Origin: Alphaproteobacteria bacterium
GTDB lineage: Bacteria; Pseudomonadota; Alphaproteobacteria; MPNO01
NCBI GenBank assembly: GCA_965248835.1
Contig: CBDFLJ010000002.1
Location: 224,001-288,000, forward strand
Direction of reading: 5' to 3'
Length of the DNA: 64,000 bases
The position numbers and the translations under genes are program-made. Below the pieces are notes generated by a model. It saw only the letters and a program-made list of their open reading frames with translations. It had not been told where the DNA came from and searched no databases. Positions 32,668-42,424 of the stretch are shown here, piece by piece; the first letter of the stretch is position 1; each line of letters starts with the position of its first letter.

Positions 32668-33975
32668 ATGAGCCCCGTCACCATCGGTCTCATCGGCATC
32701 CTGGCCCTGCTTGGCCTGCTGGCCATCCGCATGCCGGTCGGCGTCGCGCTGATCGTGGTCGGGCTTCTCGGCTTTGCCGCCGTCGCGGGCTGGGACGCGG
32801 CGTTGGGCCTGCTCGGCGCATCGCCGTTCGAGCATAGCTTCAATTATGAGCTTAGCGTCATCCCGCTATTCGTTTTGATGGGAAATTTCGCCCTGGTCTC
32901 CGGCATGAGCGGCGACGCCTACAACGCCGGTCAACGCTGGGTCGGCCATTGGCGGGGCGGGCTGGCGTCCGCCACGATCGTCGCGTGCTCGTTCTTCGCC
33001 GCCGTTTCGGGGTCTTCGGTAGCGTCCGCCGCCACCATGGGCGCGGTGGCCCTGCCGGAAATGCGCAAACGGGGCTACAGCACGCGGCTCGCGACGGGCT
33101 GTATCGCGGCCGGCGGCACGCTCGGGATCCTGATCCCGCCATCGACCGGCTTCGTCGTCTACGCAATCCTTACCGAGGAATCGATCGGGCGGCTGTTCCT
33201 CGCCGGCTTTTTCCCGGGACTGTTGCTGACCGTGCTGTTCGTGCTGACCATCAGCATCTTGACCCGCTTCCGCCCCGAAATGGGCCCGGCGGTACCGCGG
33301 GCGACCTTCGCCGAACGGCTCGGCGGGCTTCGTCAGGTCAGCGCGCTGTTGACGATGATCGTCATCACCTTGGGCGGCATTTATATCGGCGTGTTCACGC
33401 CCACCGAGGCGGCGGCGGTTGGCGCATTGTTTTCGATCGTGCTGGCGTTCTGGCGCCGCCGCGCGACCCCGGCCAACTGTCTCGACGCGTTGTTGCAGAC
33501 GGCGCGGACCACATCGTTCGTGTTCCTGATCCTAATCGGAGCGCATCTGTTTTCGCCGTTTCTCGCCGTCGCTCAAATATCAGCCACCATCTCGACCTTT
33601 ATCGAAAACGTCGACGCCTCGCCCAACATGGTGCTTTTCATGTTGCTGGTGCTGTTCATCGTTCTCGGCACCTTCCTTGAAGGCTTCGCGATGCTGGTCC
33701 TCACCTTGCCGATCGTGTTCCCCGTGATTACCGACCTCGGGTTCGACCCGATCTGGTTCGGCGTCGTCATGGTGATCGTGCTCGAGATGGGACTGATCAG
33801 CCCACCGGTGGGCGTCAACGTCTTCGTCGTCAAGGGCGTCGCGAAAGACGTGCCGATGAAGGAGATATTTATCGGGATCCTGCCGTTCTGGGCGACGATG
33901 CTGGTGTGTCTCGCGGTGCTGGTGGCATTCCCCGAAATCGCCCTGTTCCTCCCGAACTCGATGATTCAGAAATAG
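32668..33975 (+). CDS. TRAP large permease (DctM), second system
   Basis: AAVSGSSVA, GGTLGILIPPS, FTPTE, DPIWFG, ISPPVG.N. Confidence 0.92.
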   Translation: MSPVTIGLIGILALLGLLAIRMPVGVALIVVGLLGFAAVAGWDAALGLLGASPFEHSFNYELSVIPLFVLMGNFALVSGMSGDAYNAGQRWVGHWRGGLASATIVACSFFAAVSGSSVASAATMGAVALPEMRKRGYSTRLATGCIAAGGTLGILIPPSTGFVVYAILTEESIGRLFLAGFFPGLLLTVLFVLTISILTRFRPEMGPAVPRATFAERLGGLRQVSALLTMIVITLGGIYIGVFTPTEAAAVGALFSIVLAFWRRRATPANCLDALLQTARTTSFVFLILIGAHLFSPFLAVAQISATISTFIENVDASPNMVLFMLLVLFIVLGTFLEGFAMLVLTLPIVFPVITDLGFDPIWFGVVMVIVLEMGLISPPVGVNVFVVKGVAKDVPMKEIFIGILPFWATMLVCLAVLVAFPEIALFLPNSMIQK

Positions 33976-33984
33976 GTCGGGTAC

Positions 33985-34302
33985 CTATGCTCCGCCGGCG
34001 GGCCATTCCTCGCCTTCTCGCGTCAGCGCGGCCTCCTCGGGGCTGTAAACGGCGGCCACGGGAAGCGATGGGACACCGGTTTTCGATTGTCGGAAACTGA
34101 GGAAGCGGGTTTCGGGAGAAAAGGGCGACAGGTCGATCTCCGCAAAGAAAGACTCGGGCACGCCTCTCGGATCCACCGGGTCCATGCGGTCTTTTTCGTA
34201 GACGCCCGCCCTCTTGGAGATGCGCCACGCCCCGTCGCGTTTTTCCAACAGATCGAAGAACCGGAACAGCAATTGAAAGTCGAATTCGTGGCCCCAGAGC
34301 AT
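33985..34302 (-). pseudogene. C-terminal fragment of a SnoaL/NTF2-like family protein
   Basis: RFFDLLEKRDGAWRI..R..VYEKDRMDPVDP; the N-terminal half is absent. Confidence 0.6.
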
Positions 34303-34408
34303 TTGTCTGACATCAGCGCCTATCGTACAGATTGAGGTGATTTCGTAATGGAGGGATTCTGTCTCATCTCCGGTCCCGTGGTCTGGAACCCGCCAGTCAT
34401 CGCCAATA

Positions 34409-34434
34409 TGTCAGATTTAGTCAGAGCTAATACA
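34409..34434 (+). mobile_element. Isolated IS481-like terminal sequence
   Basis: TGTCAGATTTAGTCAGAGCTAATACA; 16/26 identical to 27743-27768, same orientation, ends in ACA. Confidence 0.55.
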
Positions 34435-34613
34435 GGCAACGGGTGATCGGAGCCGTGTCACCGCCGGCCGGCTCCGCGATGCACATCCTGTGCGCTCGGT
34501 CCTCGGCCGCTCGCTTCCGCACCGTTGGGTCGTTCCCCGTGCTTCCTACAATCACGTTCGGAAGCCGCGCGACGGGCGCTGCCGCTCGCACGCCGCCCGG
34601 GGTTCCGCGGGTC

Positions 34614-35735
34614 CTATGCGGACCGCGCCGCCGCGTGCTCGGTTGCGAGATAGACCTCGGTCTGCATTTCGTGGAGCCTGGAGATCGCACGTCTGAAGGC
34701 AAACGCGGCATCCCCGTCGGGATAGAGCGCATCGGGCGGCGCATCGGCCGAGACGACAAGGTTGACCCGGTGGTCGTAGAGCGCATCGATCAGGGTGACG
34801 AACCGCCTGGCCTCGTCGGCCCGGGCGGCGGCCAGGCAGGGCACGTCTGCGACCACCAGGGTGTGGAAGGTGCGGGCCAGGGTCAGGTAGTCGGCGGCCC
34901 CGAGCGGGCGGCCGCACAGCTCCGCGAAGGTGAACGCCGCCACGCCGCGGGCCGCCCGCGGCACCCGAAGCGTGCGCCCCTGGACCTCGAGCCGGGCCGC
35001 GTGCGGCACCGCGCCCTCGGTCAGCGCGCCGAACGCGGCCTCGATCGCGGCCTCGGCCGCCTCCCCGAGCGGGGTGTGATAGAGCTTGAGCGCGCCGATC
35101 TTCTCGCGGCGGTAGTCGGTCGGCCCGTCGAGCGCCAGCAGATCGAGCCGCGCCAGCAAGAGCTCGATGAACGGTGTGAAACGGTCGCGCTGCAGCCCGT
35201 CCTTGTAGAGTTCCGCCGGCGGAACGTTGCTGGTGGCCACCACGACGACGCCGCAATCGAACAGCGCCTCGAACAGCCGGCCGAGGATCATCGCATCGGC
35301 AATGTTCTCGACCTGGAACTCGTCGAAACAGAGCAGCCAGGCGTGCGCGGCAATCTCGGCGGCGACGCGCCGGAGCGGGTCGCGCCGCCGCGCACCGCGC
35401 AGCGCGTGCAGCCGGTCCTGAATTTCGAGCATGAACGGGTGAAAATGGGTTCGCCGCTTGGCCGCCAGCGGCACCGATTCGAAGAACAGGTCCATCACCA
35501 TGGTCTTGCCGCGCCCGACCCCGCCGAACAGATAGAGCCCCTGCGGCGGGTCCTCGCGGCGTTGCCCGAGACCGAGCCGGGCCCGCCAGCCCGGCCGGCC
35601 GGTCTCCGGGCGGTAACCGATCAGCGCGTTGTGCAGGCTCTGCAGCTTCTCGGCGGCCAGCGCCTGGTCGGGATCCGGCCTCAGCGCGCCGGCACGGATG
35701 CGGGCGCGCCAGACCGCGAGCGGTCCTTCACTCAT
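34614..35735 (-). CDS. zapE: AFG1/ZapE family ATPase
   Basis: GGVGRGKT, HFH.FM, CFDEFQV, TSN..P..LY.DGLQR, RFVTLIDALY. Confidence 0.93.
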   Translation of the reverse strand: MSEGPLAVWRARIRAGALRPDPDQALAAEKLQSLHNALIGYRPETGRPGWRARLGLGQRREDPPQGLYLFGGVGRGKTMVMDLFFESVPLAAKRRTHFHPFMLEIQDRLHALRGARRRDPLRRVAAEIAAHAWLLCFDEFQVENIADAMILGRLFEALFDCGVVVVATSNVPPAELYKDGLQRDRFTPFIELLLARLDLLALDGPTDYRREKIGALKLYHTPLGEAAEAAIEAAFGALTEGAVPHAARLEVQGRTLRVPRAARGVAAFTFAELCGRPLGAADYLTLARTFHTLVVADVPCLAAARADEARRFVTLIDALYDHRVNLVVSADAPPDALYPDGDAAFAFRRAISRLHEMQTEVYLATEHAAARSA

Positions 35736-35836
35736 CCGGCGGCTACGGCGGTTGACGGGCAGCGGCGGCCGCCGTTGATAGCCGATCCGCAGCCGTGATC
35801 AAGCAAATTCCACCCACCCGAGTGCCGCGGCAACCG

Positions 35837-36747
35837 TCACCGCCGCTCTCTTCCGGCGCGTGCCTCGCCGAGGGTGACCAAGGCAATACCGGCGGTGATC
35901 ACCACCAGCCCTGCGAGATGTGTCAGCGTCAGGGTTTCGCCGAACAGCAGGCTGGAGGTGGTTGTGATCCCGACGGGGACGCCCAGAAATCCGATCGATG
36001 CGGTGATTGCCGGCAAATAGCGCATGGTCGTGGTCAATGCCCAAAAGGTCACCGAGGTCCCCAACGGGCCGATCAGCGCGATGAGTCCGACATTGTCGCG
36101 GCTCCATTCGATCGACCGGCCGCCTTCCAGCGCCGCCGCAGCGACCAGGACGGTCGCCGCCGCGAACAGCAACTGCCACGGCGCGAGCTGCAGGGTGGTC
36201 AGGTGGTAGGTCCGGGTCCGCAGGTAGAGGATGCACCCCGACCAGGTAAATGCCGCGAGCATCAGCATCGCGTTGCCGATGACGACATCCCGGTCGGTCC
36301 AGTCGAAACCAAGCGGGTTGAACAGGATTACAAGGCCCGCGATACCCACCGCCAGACCCATTGCTTTGGCGGTCCCCAGGCGCTCGCCAAGCAACAGGAC
36401 CGCGAAAGGGGCCACCCAGAGCGGCGTGGAATAGCCCAGCAGCGCCGCTCTGCCGGATCCGACGCTCACCAAGCCGAGATGGGACAGGCTCATGAAGACG
36501 CCCATCATGAACACCCCGAGCGCGACGATGATCGGCACGTCCTGGCGCGCAGGCATGCGGAGCTGCCGGAGCAGGGCGAGCAGGATGAACAGGAAGATCG
36601 ATGCGCTCAGCAGCCGGGCGAAGCCGAACCACAGCGGCGGCATCGCATGCACGCCGATGCGCGCCAGCGGCCACACAGGCCATGGCTGCCGATGGTAAGC
36701 GCGAGCGCAGCGAAACCCAGTGCCGGTTTTACCTCGGGCGATGCGAT
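35837..36747 (-). CDS. EamA/DMT transporter with an apparent 5' frameshift (possible pseudogene or sequence error)
   Basis: The body WPLARIG...PPLWF...YSTPLWV is EamA-like. The first TM helix (PALGFAALALTIGSHGL) is in another frame upstream of ~36678. Confidence 0.75.
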
Positions 36748-36768
36748 CTGGCCGCTCCGGGTCTGCCG

Positions 36769-37548
36769 TCAGCGCCGCGCGAGCATGCGCTGCTTGATCT
36801 CGCCGATCGCCTTGGCCGGGTTCAGGCCCTTCGGGCAGGTCTGGGTGCAGTTCATGATCGTGTGGCAGCGGTAGAGCCGGAACGGGTCCTCCAGGGCGTC
36901 CAGCCGCTCGCCGGTCCGCTCGTCGCGCGAATCCACGATCCAGCGGTGGGCCTGGAGCAGGACCGCAGGGCCGAGGTAGCGATCGCCGTTCCACCAATAG
37001 CTCGGACAACTCGTGGTGCAGCAGAAGCACAGGATGCATTCCCACAGCCCGTCGAGCTTCTCCCGCTCCTTCGGCGCCTGCAAACGCTCGGCATCGGGCG
37101 GCGGCGGGGTGTCTGCCTGCAACCACGGCTCGATCGCGGCGTATTGCGCATAGACCGTCGTCAAATCGGGCACCAGGTCCTTGACCACCGGCAGATGGGG
37201 CAGCGGGTAGATCTTCACATCGCCCTTGATCTCGTCGAGATATTTGATGCAGGCCAGCGTGTTGGTGCCGTCGACGTTCATCGCACAGCTCCCGCACACG
37301 CCCTCGCGGCAGGACCGCCGGAAGGTCAGCGTCGAATCGACCTCGTTCTTGATCTTGATCACCGCGTCCAGCACCATCGGGCCGCAGGCGTCAAGGTCGA
37401 TGGTGTAGCTGTCCAGCCGCGGCGTCTCGCCCGAGTCGGGGTCGTAGCGGTAGATCCTGAACGTCTTCGCCCGCTTCGCGCCGGCCGGCGCGGCGTGGGT
37501 CGTTCCGGTGCGGATCCTGGAGTTTTTGGGCAGCGCAAACGCGACCAT
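36769..37548 (-). CDS. sdhB: Succinate dehydrogenase iron-sulfur subunit
   Basis: [27 protein letters not shown]...CP. Confidence 0.98.
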   Translation of the reverse strand: MVAFALPKNSRIRTGTTHAAPAGAKRAKTFRIYRYDPDSGETPRLDSYTIDLDACGPMVLDAVIKIKNEVDSTLTFRRSCREGVCGSCAMNVDGTNTLACIKYLDEIKGDVKIYPLPHLPVVKDLVPDLTTVYAQYAAIEPWLQADTPPPPDAERLQAPKEREKLDGLWECILCFCCTTSCPSYWWNGDRYLGPAVLLQAHRWIVDSRDERTGERLDALEDPFRLYRCHTIMNCTQTCPKGLNPAKAIGEIKQRMLARR

Positions 37549-37563
37549 CGGTGGTTCCCGGAC

Positions 37564-39357
37564 TTAGTAGACCCGGTCCTTGGGCGGGATCGCCTGGACC
37601 TCGTTGCTCATGGTGTTGGTGTGAACCGGCCGGTAGTCGATGCGCGAGGTGCCGTCCCCGTCCAGCCACACCAGCGTGTGCTTCATCCAGTTCTCGTCGT
37701 CGCGCTCGGGGAAATCCTCGCGCGCGTGTCCGCCGCGGCTTTCCTCGCGATTGAGCGCGGCGTCCACGCTGACCACCGACTGGGCGAGCAGGTTGTCGAA
37801 CTCCAGCGCCTCGACCAGATCCGAGTTCCAGATCATCGAGCGGTCCGAGACCGCCATGTCGTCCCGCCCGCCCCACAGCGCGGCCAGCCTGGTCTTGCCT
37901 TCGGCAAGGATTTCGCCGGTGCGGAAGACCGCGCAATGGCTCTGCATGATCTGTTGCATCGCCAGCCGCAGCGCGGCGCAGGGTGTGCCTCCCTTGGCAT
38001 GGCGGCGCTCGTCCAGCCGGTCGAGCGCGCCCTGGCCGGCATCGGCCGGCAGCGGCGCCTGGTTGGCGCCGGGCTCGATGATCGCGACGCACCGGTCCGC
38101 CGCCGCCCGGCCGAACACCACAAGATCGAGCAGCGAGTTCGAGCCCAGACGGTTCGCACCGTGGACGGAGACGCAGGCCGCCTCGCCGATCGCCATCAGC
38201 CCGCCGACCGGGGTCTCGGCATCACCGTTCAGGGGCGCCACCACCTCGCCCAGATAGTTGGTCGGAACGCCGCCCATGTTGTAGTGGACGGTCGGCAGCA
38301 CCGGGATCGGCTCGCGGGTGACGTCAACACCGGCGAAGATCCGCGCGGTCTCGGCGATGCCCGGCAGGCGCTGGCCGATGATATCCGCGTCCAGGTGCTC
38401 GATATGCAGGTGGATGTGGTCCTTCTCGGGTCCGACGCCGCGCCCCTCGCGCATCTCCACGGTCATCGACCGGCTGACCACGTCGCGCGAGGCGAGGTCC
38501 TTGACGTTGGGCGCATAGCGCTCCATGAACCGCTCACCCTCGGCGTTGGTCAGATAGCCGCCCTCGCCGCGCACGCCTTCGGTAATCAGGCAGCCGGCGC
38601 CATAGATCCCCGTCGGGTGAAACTGGATGAACTCCATGTCCTCCAACGGCAGGCCGGCGCGAAGTACCATCGCATTGCCGTCGCCGGTCTGGCTGTGAGC
38701 GCCGGTGCAGGAGAAATAGGCCCGCCCGTACCCGCCGGTCGCGATCAGGGTCATCTGCGCCTGGAAGCGGTGGATGGTGCCGTCCTCGAGGTTCCAGGCC
38801 ATCACCCCGCGGCAGGTCCCGACCTCGTCGACGATCAGGTCGATCGCGAAATATTCGACGAAGAACGCCACGTCGTGGCGCAGCGACTGCTGGTAGAGGG
38901 TGTGCAGGATGGCATGGCCGGTCCGGTCGGCGGCCGCGGCCGTGCGCTGGGCCGGCGGGCCTTCGCCGTACCTGGTGGTCATGCCGCCGAACGGGCGCTG
39001 GTAGATTTTTCCCTCCGGCGTGCGCGAGAACGGCACGCCGTAGTGCTCGAGCTCGATGACCGCGGGGACCGCCTCGCGGCACATGTATTCGATCGCGTCC
39101 TGATCGCCCAGCCAGTCCGCGCCCTTGACGGTATCGTAGAAATGCCAGCGCCAGTCGTCCTCGGCCATGTTGCCGAGCGCCGCCGAGATGCCGCCCTGGG
39201 CGGCCACCGTATGGCTGCGTGTCGGGAAGACCTTGGTGATACAGGCCGTGCGCAGGCCCTTGACCGCCATGCCGAACGTTGCGCGCAGCCCGGCGCCGCC
39301 GGCGCCGATGACGATCACGTCATAGGTGTGATCGACGATCTCGTAAGCCTTCAACAC
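37564..39357 (-). CDS. sdhA: Succinate dehydrogenase flavoprotein
   Basis: [33 protein letters not shown]. Confidence 0.98.
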   Translation of the reverse strand: MLKAYEIVDHTYDVIVIGAGGAGLRATFGMAVKGLRTACITKVFPTRSHTVAAQGGISAALGNMAEDDWRWHFYDTVKGADWLGDQDAIEYMCREAVPAVIELEHYGVPFSRTPEGKIYQRPFGGMTTRYGEGPPAQRTAAAADRTGHAILHTLYQQSLRHDVAFFVEYFAIDLIVDEVGTCRGVMAWNLEDGTIHRFQAQMTLIATGGYGRAYFSCTGAHSQTGDGNAMVLRAGLPLEDMEFIQFHPTGIYGAGCLITEGVRGEGGYLTNAEGERFMERYAPNVKDLASRDVVSRSMTVEMREGRGVGPEKDHIHLHIEHLDADIIGQRLPGIAETARIFAGVDVTREPIPVLPTVHYNMGGVPTNYLGEVVAPLNGDAETPVGGLMAIGEAACVSVHGANRLGSNSLLDLVVFGRAAADRCVAIIEPGANQAPLPADAGQGALDRLDERRHAKGGTPCAALRLAMQQIMQSHCAVFRTGEILAEGKTRLAALWGGRDDMAVSDRSMIWNSDLVEALEFDNLLAQSVVSVDAALNREESRGGHAREDFPERDDENWMKHTLVWLDGDGTSRIDYRPVHTNTMSNEVQAIPPKDRVY

Positions 39358-39360
39358 CGC

Positions 39361-39741
39361 TCAGCCCCCGAAGGCGAGCTTGAGGATGGCGAACGCCGCG
39401 GCGATGCCCAACGCCACGGCGGCAAACTTGACGGCCAGGATCGACGCGATCTTGAGCCATTCGGTGTGGACGTAGTCCTCGATCACCACCTGCAGGCCGA
39501 GCTGGGCGTGGTGAAAGCCGGCCACCACCGTCAGCAGCATCGCGATCGCGACCAGCGGATCGCCCATCCACGCCGCGAAGGCGGCATGATCGGCGCCGGT
39601 ATTCGCGGCAAGCGTGGCGACAAACCATACCGTCAGCGGCACCAGGGCGACCGCCGTGGCGCGCTGCGCCCACCAATGCGCGGTCCCATCCCTGGCCGAA
39701 CCGAGCCCGCGCGCGCGCGCCAGCGGAGACCGCAGGCTCAT
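39361..39741 (-). CDS. sdhD: Succinate dehydrogenase hydrophobic anchor
   Basis: GLGSA..GT.HWW.QR, H..LGLQVVIEDYVH. Confidence 0.96.
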   Translation of the reverse strand: MSLRSPLARARGLGSARDGTAHWWAQRATAVALVPLTVWFVATLAANTGADHAAFAAWMGDPLVAIAMLLTVVAGFHHAQLGLQVVIEDYVHTEWLKIASILAVKFAAVALGIAAAFAILKLAFGG

Positions 39742-40136
39742 GCGAACGCTCCCAAGCTGGCATACCCCCAGATCCAGGCGATGGCCGTCAGGACCACCGC
39801 AGCCAGCACGACCAGCCAGCCCGAGGCGTGGACGGTGTTCAGCCCGAAGCCGCGCCCGGCATCCCAGAACAAGTGCCGGATCCCGTTGCACAGGTGATAG
39901 AACAGCGCGAACGACCAGCCGGCCAGAAGCAGGCGGCCGATCGCCGATCCGGAGAAATTCTGGAAAGCGCCATAGGGCCCCGGTCCCGACGCACCGGCGA
40001 TCAGCCACCAGACCAGCATCAGCAGGCCCACGCCCAGCGCCACGCCGCTCGCACGGTGGGCGATCGACAGCACGGAGGTGATTTGCGGTCGGTAGATCTG
40101 AAGATGCGGGGACAGAGGCCTGTCGGTGTCGGTCAT
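39738..40136 (-). CDS. sdhC: Succinate dehydrogenase cytochrome b556 subunit
   Basis: RPLSPHLQIYR, SI.HR.SG, YHLCNGIRHL.WD. Confidence 0.97.
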   Translation of the reverse strand: MTDTDRPLSPHLQIYRPQITSVLSIAHRASGVALGVGLLMLVWWLIAGASGPGPYGAFQNFSGSAIGRLLLAGWSFALFYHLCNGIRHLFWDAGRGFGLNTVHASGWLVVLAAVVLTAIAWIWGYASLGAFA

Positions 40137-40251
40137 CGATCCTGTCGCGATTCCGCGCCGGTCGCGGCAACGGCCCGGTTTAGACCGCAGCCCAATTCAA
40201 GTCAATTCTCGCCCCGAGCCGGGCGGCTTGGCCCGCGGCTTGTGGACCGTT

Positions 40252-40299
40252 TGTGGATAAAATGTGCGGGGTTGGACCGCCCGATAGCACTTATTCACA
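40252..40299. promoter_or_regulatory. Pair of DnaA-box consensus matches upstream of sdhC
   Basis: TGTGGATAA (40252-40260) and TTATTCACA (40291-40299) both match TTWTNCACA. Confidence 0.5.
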
Positions 40300-40467
40300 G
40301 GAATCTGGGCCGCCGCGCGATTTGCCGTTGCCGCCGCGCGGAACGGTAGGAGACGATTATCGCGCGCGCAGGCGTGGGAGATGTCGGGGTCTAACGGAAG
40401 AAGACGCTGCGCGGTCGTTCTTCTTCGATTGGCCTTGCCGTCTCCGCGAGGCCTGGAGGCGTATTGC

Positions 40468-40608
40468 GCCGGACGGGTCTCGCTCCGCTCTGGTGAAGGG
40501 TCCGTACCTCCGCGGGCCTTAGCCGGTTGGCGGGGAGTCCGTGGAACGTTGGAGGGAGAGGCACCACCAAGCAGGCCGATGCCGTTTCGACGGTGGGGGT
40601 CGTCCGGT
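40468..40608 (+). ncRNA. Candidate structured small RNA
   Basis: Closing stem GCCGGACG.../...CGTCCGGT, internal helix TCCGCGGGC/GTCCGTGGA, TTCG-capped hairpin, and a promoter-like TTGCCG...GCGTATT immediately upstream. Confidence 0.55.
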
Positions 40609-40933
40609 CCAAGGCTGATTGCAACCGCGATCCGCAGCGGGCCGGGCCGAGGTCGGGATGTTTTCCCCGAAGCATCGTGACCGGGAGCGAAAAGGTGCCG
40701 TGGCGGACCGCGGATTGCCCGGCTACGGGGTGCCCTGCCCGTTGCCGCAGGCCGATGTTGCGCCAAGGACATCGATCGAACGCTTGGGCCCGGACCCTGG
40801 GACCGCCCGCGCGTCGACGGGCCTTTGGGCTCACGGGGTGCCGAGGATGTCCGCAAGGACGGGGGCAAGGCCACATGGCCGCCCCACTCGGCACCCCGGC
40901 ATTCGGGGCGCCTTGCATCTGGGATGATCGCGT

Positions 40934-41833
40934 TCAGCAGGCGCTGCGTTCCAGCGCCGCGATGCGCTCGGCCAGCGCCAGCGTGCGTTCGGCCTCCGCC
41001 ACGTGCAAGCCTTCGATCAGCTTGCCGTCGAGCAGCGTGACGCCCTTGCCTTCTCCGGCCGCGTCCCGCCAGGCTGTGCGGACCCGCCGGGCCCAGTCGA
41101 GCTCCTCGGCCGACGGGCCGTAGGCGGCATTCGCCCCCGCGATGGTCTTGGGGTGGAGCAGGGTCTTGCCGTCGAATCCGAACGCACGCCCCTGCCGGCA
41201 GGCGCGCTCGAACCCGGCATCGTCGGACAGATCGAAATGCGGCGCATCGAGCACCGACAGCCCGGCCGCGCGCGCCGCCAGGATGCACAGCCCGATGCTG
41301 GTCAGAAGCGGCAGCCGGTCGGGCGCGTGCAGGTCGGCGTGGAGTTCCTTCGACAGATCCGCCGTCCCCAGCGTCAGCGCGCCCATCCGCGGATGGGCAA
41401 AGGCCGTCGCGCGCGCGTTCAGCACGCCGATCGGGGTCTCCAGCATGCACCAGATCGCGGTCCGGGCCGTCGCGTCGGCCTCTTCGAGGAGCGCCGCGAC
41501 CCGCAGGACCGTCTCCGGCCCGTCGACCTTGGGCACCAGCACCGCATCGGCGCCCGAACCGGCCACCGCCGCGATATCGTCCTCGAACCAGACCGTGTCG
41601 GCGCCGTTGATGCGCACCACCAGCTCACGCGGACCGTAGCCGCCGGCCGCGATCTCGGCGAAGACCCTCGCGCGGGCCTCTATCTTGGCCTCGGCCAGGA
41701 CGCCGTCCTCGAGGTCCATGATCAGGACGTCGGCAGCCAGGCTCCTGCCCTTCTCGAGTGCGCGCGGGTTGGCGCCCGGCATATAGAGCGCGCTGCGGCG
41801 CGGGCGGACGGGTCTGTCGGCATGGGCGGGCAT
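40934..41833 (-). CDS. CitE/malyl-CoA lyase family CoA-ester lyase
   Basis: RPRRSALYMPG, DLEDGV, VRING, PKV, MLETP, GFDGKTLLHP. Confidence 0.9.
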   Translation of the reverse strand: MPAHADRPVRPRRSALYMPGANPRALEKGRSLAADVLIMDLEDGVLAEAKIEARARVFAEIAAGGYGPRELVVRINGADTVWFEDDIAAVAGSGADAVLVPKVDGPETVLRVAALLEEADATARTAIWCMLETPIGVLNARATAFAHPRMGALTLGTADLSKELHADLHAPDRLPLLTSIGLCILAARAAGLSVLDAPHFDLSDDAGFERACRQGRAFGFDGKTLLHPKTIAGANAAYGPSAEELDWARRVRTAWRDAAGEGKGVTLLDGKLIEGLHVAEAERTLALAERIAALERSAC

Positions 41834-41964
41834 CGGCGTGATCCGGGCTCGGGAAACGGCGCGCGGACTATAAGGCGACACCCGGGTGTGAAAAAGTCGG
41901 CCGCGTTGGCGATCCTTTCCATCCATCCACCCGGCGAGCGGGACATCGCGAAGAATATCCGCGC

Positions 41965-42360
41965 TTATTGCGCCGTCCGAGCGCGCATTCGGTGCAGCGC
42001 AAGCGAGGACGTCAGCACCGCGGCCGCGAACAGCACCAGCCCGGCATGGATGTCCGCGGTGGTGAACAGGCTGCCTTCCAGCGCCAACACCAGGACCGCG
42101 ACGATCAGGACATCGAGCATCGACCATTTCGAGAGCGCGGCGAGGAGCCCGAGCGCCTTGCCGAGCGCGGAATCGGCGGCGGCCGGACGGTGCCATGCCC
42201 AGAGCGCCACCGCCGTCTTGGCGACCGGCAGGACGACGGAAAAGCCGAAGATCAGCACGAACAGGCCGTAGCGGCCCTCCGACCAGAACGCCAGCACGCC
42301 GTCCAGGATCGAATAGGTCTCGCCGAACAGGGAAAACCTGGTGATCGAGACCGCGGGCAT
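41965..42360 (-). CDS. Paraquat-inducible protein A (PqiA) family membrane protein; true start probably further upstream
   Basis: SILDGV, FSVVLP..K, SKWSMLDV. An in-frame hydrophobic extension lies upstream. Confidence 0.75.
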   Translation of the reverse strand: MPAVSITRFSLFGETYSILDGVLAFWSEGRYGLFVLIFGFSVVLPVAKTAVALWAWHRPAAADSALGKALGLLAALSKWSMLDVLIVAVLVLALEGSLFTTADIHAGLVLFAAAVLTSSLALHRMRARTAQ

Positions 42361-42424
42361 CAGCAGGCCGGCGGCCAGGAGCGGCGCCGAGATCAGCAGC
42401 AGCGCCCCGGTGGCGCGGTCGCGC

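Noticed and set aside
36601-39897. 1098-aa + strand ORF, and similar long ORFs such as 22422-25148, 24833-27010, 8407-10485, 43773-45938 and 51055-53220
   Set aside because: Antisense shadows of well-conserved genes in high-GC DNA; no recognisable motifs.
40468-40930. tmRNA, RNase P RNA, SRP RNA or a known riboswitch
   Set aside because: Hallmark sequences (tag peptide or tRNA-like ends, GAGGAAAGUCC, GGAA-GCAGC, B12 or TPP boxes) were not found.
40136-40934. Replication origin
   Set aside because: Only two good DnaA boxes, no AT-rich unwinding element and no typical oriC neighbours.
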